Below the pieces are notes generated by a model that saw only the letters and a list, made by a program, of their open reading frames with translations, did no database searches and was not told where the DNA came from. Shown here piece after piece: positions 26,003-32,545 of a stretch of DNA of 32,545 bases. This DNA is from Priapulus caudatus. Its lineage: Eukaryota. The position numbers were made by a program, and so were the translations under genes. The stretch covers positions 107,988 to 140,532 of the forward strand of contig NW_014577070.1 of NCBI RefSeq assembly GCF_000485595.1, in the 5' to 3' direction. Each line of letters starts with the position of its first letter. Within the stretch, counting starts at the first letter, position 1.

Positions 26003-26047
26003 ACACGCACACCCACACCCACGCGCACACATACACACACACACATA

Positions 26048-26103
<56 letters not shown>

Positions 26104-26390
26104 CCCGNNNNNNNNNNNNNNNNNNNNNNNNNNNNNNNNNNNNNNNNNNNNNNNNNNNNNNNNNNNNNNNNNNNNNNNNNNNNNNNNNNNNNNNNNNNNN
26201 NNNNNNNNNNNNNNNNNNNNNNNNNNNNNNNNNNNNNNNNNNNNNNNNNNNNNNNNNNNNNNNNNNNNNNNNNNNNNNNNNNNNNNNNNNNNNNNNNNNN
26301 NNNNNNNNNNNNNNNNNNNNNNNNNNNNNNNNNNNNNNNNNNNNNNNNNNNNNNNACACTCACACGCGCGCACACACGCACATACACGCA
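26003..26390. repeat. (CA)n tract spanning an assembly gap (26108-26355)
   Basis: Read directly from the sequence. Confidence 0.92.
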
Positions 26391-26720
26391 AGGGAGTTGT
26401 CTAGGGTATATATCGTAGTACTATATCGGTTTGTTAGCGGGCACCCAACTTCCCTCCCGTTTGCAAGGAAACGAGTTACTGTGTGTACGCGTGCCACGCC
26501 CCCGATATTGGTGATTATGGCTAATATTAGCCATTATATAACTACTACGCTATAATAACGCTATATTTCTCTAACAATAACTCCCCAACAATTACAGCTC
26601 AGTGCGATAAATTGTCCGTGACGATTCTGTGAACTACTCGCTGTGACGAATCCATCTATAATTAACCGTGGTTGCATGACGCTATAATATGTGACCTCGC
26701 GTTTCTCGTCAGCCATGGCC

Positions 26721-26721
26721 A

Positions 26722-26760
<39 letters not shown>

Positions 26761-26762
26761 AA

Positions 26763-26792
<30 letters not shown>
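26721..26792. repeat. (AAAT)n followed by (TA)n
   Basis: Read directly from the sequence. Confidence 0.92.
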
Positions 26793-26793
<1 letters not shown>

Positions 26794-28264
26794 GTCAGTC
26801 TTCTCTCTCGTGCCGATAGCGTTTACGAAATTCGTTTGCGCTTCTCTAGTCGGAAGAAGCCGCTCAAGGGACGGCAGCCATGTTGGATCAACAAGGCGGT
26901 AAGCTCGAGGTTAATGGGCGTGCCCGTTCTATGTGTTGGTATAACTCCTGTAGCGTCTAACGTCGCCAACTCGTGATGGGTTAAATCTGTAGAGTTTTGC
27001 GGTGAGATTAACTAGGGTGTCACAGAACTACCGCTGGTCATGGTGATGGCTGGTTGGCTGGTCATGGTGATGGCTGGTTGGCTGGTTGGCTGCGTCTTAA
27101 CCAACGTGACGACGTTGCGTGCGCGTCATGATATACTTGGGTGTAAATGGCTGGAAAGTTATGTTCGATGGTGCATGCATCTGTTCGCATTGGCGTTTTT
27201 TCATTAATCTCCACATCTCCAGGGAAATCTAGCCACGACGTTGCATATGGCAGTTGTGTCGTCTGCCTCTTCATTCAGAAATCGAAAAGACCTTTACGGT
27301 TTTTTTACGACTTGGCGGTTCGTATTTCTTCCTGGTGTAGAAATGTGCACGGCTAAATCGGATTGTTTTTGAAAGTCTCGTGACTGGTGCCTGGAATTCC
27401 GAAAGTTGTATACTTATGTGACTGTAGGTTGTAGACATGTTCGTCACGATCCTGTCATCTTCATAAAGCGTTCGGAATTCCAGGCAGAACTCGCCTTGTC
27501 TCTGGATAGTTATTTTACTGGCGCGGGATTGAACAATTTGAATTATCTGGGAACCGGGAAATAGCCGATAAATTGTTAAAATTAAGATTTTTCAGATTAA
27601 AACCAACTGGGAAATGCGATTTTATTTAACAGTGACTTGAGAAATGGCGTATTTTCTTACCTGCATACGTAATAGTATACTAGAATAATGGTATACTAGA
27701 AATAGACTCCTCCCGTTCCCTTCGCTTTAGAAACCCATTAAGTTTCCGTTGACACAACAGACATTTATGTTTGTCAAAACTTTGCCCTGATGTTGTATGC
27801 CACCTGGTTTTGATTAATGCGCTTGTCAACTCAAAATAAATTCGTCAAAATGCGTGAATGCTCGATAAAGGTCGGAGAATATAGCTCTGTAACCTTCAGA
27901 GGACAACTCGCAAATGCAAAGAGTTCCGGCAGAAAATAATTGGCTTTGTTCGCAGACGCGGGCGAGACACGAGAGCCTTAAATAATCAACCGGGTAAATG
28001 CAAAAAAATTCTAGTTTTCATCTTCGTGTTGCTGCGACATCGTCCTATCCACGCTGGTAATGGCGAGCACTTCAGACACGTACTAATGGGCCCTTTTTAA
28101 GTCGTCTTGTCCGCGAACATAACCGCGCAAATTCAAAACTACTAAAGTCCTAATTCATAACTGATGCCGTGTGTTCGCTGACTGGCTAACATGCTGTTCG
28201 GAGGATGTGGAGATTCGTGCGGAACACCATGCTTTTCAAAATCCGCCTCATGCATGGTCGTGTT

Positions 28265-28267
28265 CTT

Positions 28268-28334
<67 letters not shown>

Positions 28335-29045
28335 CACACGACTCTTAATTTCACTCTCACGCATTCTCACACACACGGACATCATTGTGTCTCTCCCAAC
28401 GCGCCACGCACATTCCTCTATCTCTCTCCCTCCCTCTGTTTGCATGCGATGTCTATTCTCTATATGCGTGTATATTTATTTAAGCAGCGTCGCCAGGCTT
28501 TCGTCCTGGCTAGAATTCGCTTTCAGGTGATTGATTGTGTTACTCTAGTGGCGATGTTTCGAAATTTACAAACAAACGCGCCCCTCGTGCAGAATTCGTC
28601 CAGCGACTGAGTACGTACAGCGTGATATGATGTGTGTAGCCGTTGCCAACTGTAACATTTTCCAGAACTAACAGCTTAATAGAGCATTCAGCACACCCTG
28701 GATACTGGCTAGACGACTTTTGACATGACGGCGCGTGACGAACGTCAATCTGCTCACAATGATGTTGTTTGCGCGGGAAAAAAATCAATACTAAGCCAGT
28801 GTCTTTTTTTTTTCCCTAATTACTACATCTGTATGTACTTAATTCTTACTGTATGCACTAATTCCTACTGTATGTACTAATTGCTGAGTTGTCGTGCAGA
28901 TGGCAATTGGATCGCGTGGAGGAGGGCTGGACCAGATTCAACCAGGATATGCGGGAGGCCTGAGAAGAACTGACGGGCTATGGAGAAATGCTGCGGCATC
29001 TTCTGTGTCGCGTGCAACAAGTACGTGCTCGTTACCTGTTCTTGC
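28265..29045 (+). repeat. Direct duplication, copy A: (CT)n, about 570 bp of intron, and exon 5
   Basis: Collinear with 31535-32330. Similarity starts at a (CT)n tract in both copies and the upstream flanks are unrelated. Confidence 0.93.
28900..29020 (+). pseudogene. SNAP25: Frameshifted second copy of SNAP-25 exon 5 (pseudo-exon or error-laden duplicate)
   Basis: 121 nt with the same acceptor and donor as 32189-32306. My hand alignment gives 8 small indels (net +3) and no substitutions. MEKCCGIF is visible in ORF 28980..29261. Confidence 0.85.
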
Positions 29046-29172
29046 TCGCTACTTGTGCTTGTCACCGTGTCTGTCACCTGCGGCTGGGCCATCTGTAGCT
29101 GGCCATCTGTGGCTGACACTGTGATGCATACCCCAAGTGGCTGCCTTGTACCTGGTCTTACCACCTTGAAAT

Positions 29173-29197
29173 NNNNNNNNNNNNNNNNNNNNNNNNN
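29173..29197. other. Assembly gap of exactly 25 N
   Basis: Counted as 8+10+7 N. Confidence 0.98.
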
Positions 29198-29269
29198 GGC
29201 TGGAGCGGAGGTGACCGCAACATGTCAGTCTGTGTGCTTGTCACCTGTGCTGCACCTGTGATGTACCTG

Positions 29270-29707
29270 AGGCGTGTTCAGGAGAGCGAGCGCTCGATGC
29301 GAACGCTCGATGAATGCAACGCAGCGCCTCCTGAACGATACACCGAGCGCTCGCTGTGCGCTCGCTTGATCAAAGATGGCGGCCCCATGGAGGGTTACTC
29401 AGCAGATTTTAAATCGCGAGAGAACAAGTACTGTTAAACGAATTTAGCAGACGAAATTGATACAAATTGAATTTAGAAATAAATGAATGAATGAAAAGTG
29501 AAATAAAGTTGAAATAGATTGCAAATTGACGTCAGAAATGTTAGATTCGCATTCGCCAGATTTTCGTCGCCATCTTGTAAACAACTCGCGCGGCTGACGA
29601 ACAGCTTTTTCAAACTTGCGCGCAAACGCTGCGCCGGAGCGCTCCCGAGCGCAGTGTCGTTCAGAAGGCGAGCGCTCGGCCGAGCGTTCGGTCTCCTGAA
29701 CACGCCT
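29270..29707. mobile_element. 438-bp MITE, PIF/Harbinger-like
   Basis: Perfect 16-bp TIR AGGCGTGTTCAGGAGA / TCTCCTGAACACGCCT, extending imperfectly inward. 3-bp TSD CTG at 29267-29269 and 29708-29710, fitting the CWG class of Harbinger targets. The equivalent site in copy B (about 32418-32420) is empty. Confidence 0.88.
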
Positions 29708-29956
29708 CTGTGCTGCCACCTGTGCTACCACCTGTGCTGCCACCTGTGCTACCACCTGTGCTGCCATCTGTGCTACCACCTGTGCTGCCATCTGTGCTAC
29801 CACCTGTGCTGCCACCTGTGCTGCCACCTGTGATGATACCTGTGCTACCACCTGTGCTGCCACCTGTGCTGCCACCTGTGCTGACACCTGTGCTGACACC
29901 TGTGCTGCCACCTGTGATGATACCTGTGCTACCACCTATGCTGCCACCTGTGCTGA
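29708..29956. repeat. 12-bp minisatellite (CACCTGTGCTGC and variants), copy A
   Basis: About 20 units. The array begins at about 29242, before the MITE insertion. Confidence 0.95.
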
Positions 29957-31531
29957 CGCTTATATCTCGCCGGCTTCTTCGCGTTTGTTCCTTCTGTTAG
30001 ATCTTTATCTGACTGACTTCTCCGTCTGCCTACTCATGGGTTCCTTCGTGTTACGTTTAGAAATGTGTCGCGATTCTCGTGTCCTTATTATAGTTAAGCA
30101 CGGTGATGTTTTCTTTCTGTACAGCGCGTTCTCTTTCGCTTACACACCCACGTCAATGCGCGCGTATGCACCCACGTACGCATGCACACACGCGCACATA
30201 TATACACACACATGAGCACACAAGCACGCGTGTACACACGCCTACATAATTATATGCGTGTATGATCGAACATGCTCATAATCGCACACACTCACACACA
30301 AACGTATACGCACGCGCACGCACTCATGCACACACATGCAGTCACGCACGTATGCACGTACGCGCTGTACTCTCGTTCCGATTGAGAAATCGATTTCACA
30401 CATTGTTCTTTTCACACATTTGCTGCTGACATATTTACAGCATATATATTCCATGTAATAGTTAAATAAATTATACACCAGAACTGCAAACCGCTTTCTG
30501 TGCCCATTAGATAATCTGAGTCGCAGGCGTCCGCGTCAGTCCTTAGAAGTTAAGGATATAGCATTTTATGTCCGTATTAAGCACAAATTTAGAATTCAGT
30601 AGCGGGATCAAGAATCCATTATTCTGAGTTTACCCATTATGCGCTACTAAATGTACGCCGTACAGTCACGTATCGTGGTATTTGGCCCGGAATTCGCGCG
30701 TAATGCGGTTGGGAGGTGAAGCATTTACTTGAAATTTACGGGGCAATATAAAAGCCGAGTTCTTTCACAACCACGGCCCTAGAGGCGCGAACAACACATG
30801 CAATATGCATGCCCGCGCTATCTCATGCGTCCATGAAGGGGGAACTCTCCGCTAGAGGTCGCGACCTCCGCGTCATCACGGCGTGAGCGCGCGCTGAAAT
30901 TTATGAATCTCTGCAGCAGATGATACACCTATCGGAGCGACACGTAGCGGTGACCGAGCAGAGATCGTTACATCTGCTATGTAACCCGCGCGCCCACGCT
31001 ATTAAAATACTCACATGACAGCAGCCCGTTATTAGAAACTTTCATATATCTTTCCCCACCGTTATAAGCATAGTTGAGGTTGCAGCAGGCGCAGTCCGGA
31101 GATGGAAGAAGACGCTTATTAATTTTGCTAATTAAAATTTCTGCGTTGAAGACGTCGTCTTGTTTTCCCGGGAAGCGACAGCCGGGTCGTGTGACTCTGC
31201 ATTGCAGCGTATTTACTACTCACTGAGGAATCTGGAATGGACTCTGGAATGGAGCGTATTATAATTACTACTCACTGAGGAATATGTGTGACCGATGAGG
31301 TGGGAAGTTTCCCATGGTCCCAATCGGAAGGAAATTCGGAATTCGAAATTTTTCTCATTCGTGTAAATTTCCGAATGAGACGGCGTGATGTTTCTCTGAC
31401 GTGTAGCAGCGGTTTAATTGTCGTCTCAGCTTACCCTACAAAGTGCTGTAGATTGGTTTTGTTGTTTTAGATTTATTATATAGACTAGCTGGAACCCGCG
31501 CTACGCGCGGGCTTAGTGACTGTGATGCATG

Positions 31532-31602
<71 letters not shown>

Positions 31603-32099
31603 CACTCACGCATTCTCGCGCTCTCTTTCTCTCTCTCTCTCTCGCACACACTCACGCATTCTCACACACACGGACACATTGTCTCTCCCACGCGCACGCA
31701 CATTCTCTCTCTCGCTCCCTCTTGCATGCGATGTCTATTCTCTATAGCGTGTATATTATTTAAGCACGTCGCCAGGCTTTCGTCTGGCTAGAATTCGCTT
31801 TCAGTGATTGATTGGTGTTACTCTAGTGGCGATGTTTCGAAATTTACGAAACAAACGCGCCCCTGTGCAGAATTCGTCAGCGACTGAGTACGTACAGCGT
31901 GATATGATGTGTGTAGCCGTTGCCAACTGTAACATTTTCCAGAACTAACAGCTTAATAGAGCATTCAGCACACCCTGGATACTGGCTAGACGACTTTTAC
32001 ATGACGGCGGTGACTAACGTCAATCTGCTCAGTGATGTTGTTTTGCGCGGGAAAAAATCAATACTAAGCCAGTGTTGTTTTTTTCCCTAATTACTACAT

Positions 32100-32174
32100 C
32101 TGTATGTACTAATTCCTACTGTATGTACTAATTCCTACTGTATGTACTAATTGCTACTGTATGTACTAATTGCT
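32100..32174 (+). promoter_or_regulatory. 19-bp tandem repeat, each unit carrying a branch-point-like TACTAAT, upstream of the exon 5 acceptor
   Basis: tgtatgtactaat at 32101, 32120, 32139 and 32158. The last TACTAAT lies about 19 nt before the AG. The repeat is certain, the function is inferred. Confidence 0.6.
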
Positions 32175-32188
32175 GAGTTGTCGTGCAG

Positions 32189-32306
32189 AGCAATTGGATC
32201 GCGTGGAGGAGGGCATGGACCAGATCAACCAGGATATGCGGGAGGCTGAGAAGAACCTGACGGGCATGGAGAAATGCTGCGGCATCTTCGTGTGTCCGTG
32301 CAACAA
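32189..32306 (+). CDS. SNAP25: SNAP-25 exon 5 (intact copy), (E)[38 protein letters not shown](K), including the palmitoylated Cys cluster
   Basis: Acceptor gtcgtgcAG with branch-point-like TACTAAT at 32164-32170, donor AA|GTACGT, 118 nt, phase 1/2. Lies within ORF 32170..32367. The peptide is diagnostic of SNAP-25. Confidence 0.97.
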
Positions 32307-32392
32307 GTACGTGCTCGTTACCTGTTCTGTGCGGGTAATGCTATCCCCCGGGCGTGGAGGGAGGTGACCGCAACGTGTCAGTCTTGTGTTGT

Positions 32393-32545
32393 CACCTGTG
32401 CTGCCACCTGTGATGATACCTGTGCTACCACCTGTGCTGCCACCTGTGCTGCCACCTGTGATGATACCTGTGCTACCACCTATGCTGCCACCTGTGCTGC
32501 CACCTGTGCTACCACCTATGCTGCCACCTGTGCTGCCACCTGTGC
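32393..32545. repeat. 12-bp minisatellite (CACCTGTGCTGC and variants), copy B, runs off the window
   Basis: About 12.5 units visible, with no MITE. Confidence 0.95.

Larger units (their letters stand above)
31535..32330 (+). repeat. Direct duplication, copy B
   Basis: Collinear with 28265-29045. In addition, 32351-32421 matches 29198-29269. Confidence 0.93.

Noticed and set aside
29444..30000. AQVA-repeat, CCHL-repeat and PPVL-repeat ORFs
   Set aside because: They are frames of the 12-bp minisatellite running into the MITE.
31288..31305. GTG ACC GAT GAG|GT (VTDE) as the end of SNAP-25 exon 2
   Set aside because: It lies downstream of exons 3 and 4, the upstream codons have no SNAP-25 similarity, and the donor (GTGGGA) is weak.
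31964..31986. TTCAGCACaccctGGAtac as an RE1/REST site (vertebrate SNAP25 is a REST target)
   Set aside because: Only the left half matches partly, the right half deviates from GGACAG, and the relevance of REST to this organism is unknown.

Overview
Eukaryotic (animal, probably invertebrate) genomic DNA from a draft assembly with five N gaps. It is mostly intronic. The only protein-coding sequence I can support is an internal part of a SNAP-25 (neuronal Qbc-SNARE) gene on the + strand. It has three GT-AG exons of 42, 49 and 118 nt (22703-22744, 25176-25224, 32189-32306), matching the sizes and phases of vertebrate SNAP25 exons 3, 4 and 5 as I recall them. They splice to [69 protein letters not shown](K). 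I did not find the start-codon exon or the downstream exons. A second, indel-riddled copy of exon 5 and its flanks lies 3289 bp upstream (28900-29020). It is either a very recent tandem duplication of the exon that gave vertebrates SNAP-25a/b, or, more likely, a haplotype or long-read gap-filling artefact. The introns hold non-autonomous DNA transposons: a P-like MITE, a Harbinger-like MITE present in only one duplicate copy, a Harbinger-like deletion derivative with two convergent ORF stubs, and a foldback element. They also hold many mini- and microsatellites. Nearly all ORFs in the supplied track are translations of simple repeats or gaps. I found no prokaryotic genes, RNA genes or CRISPR arrays.
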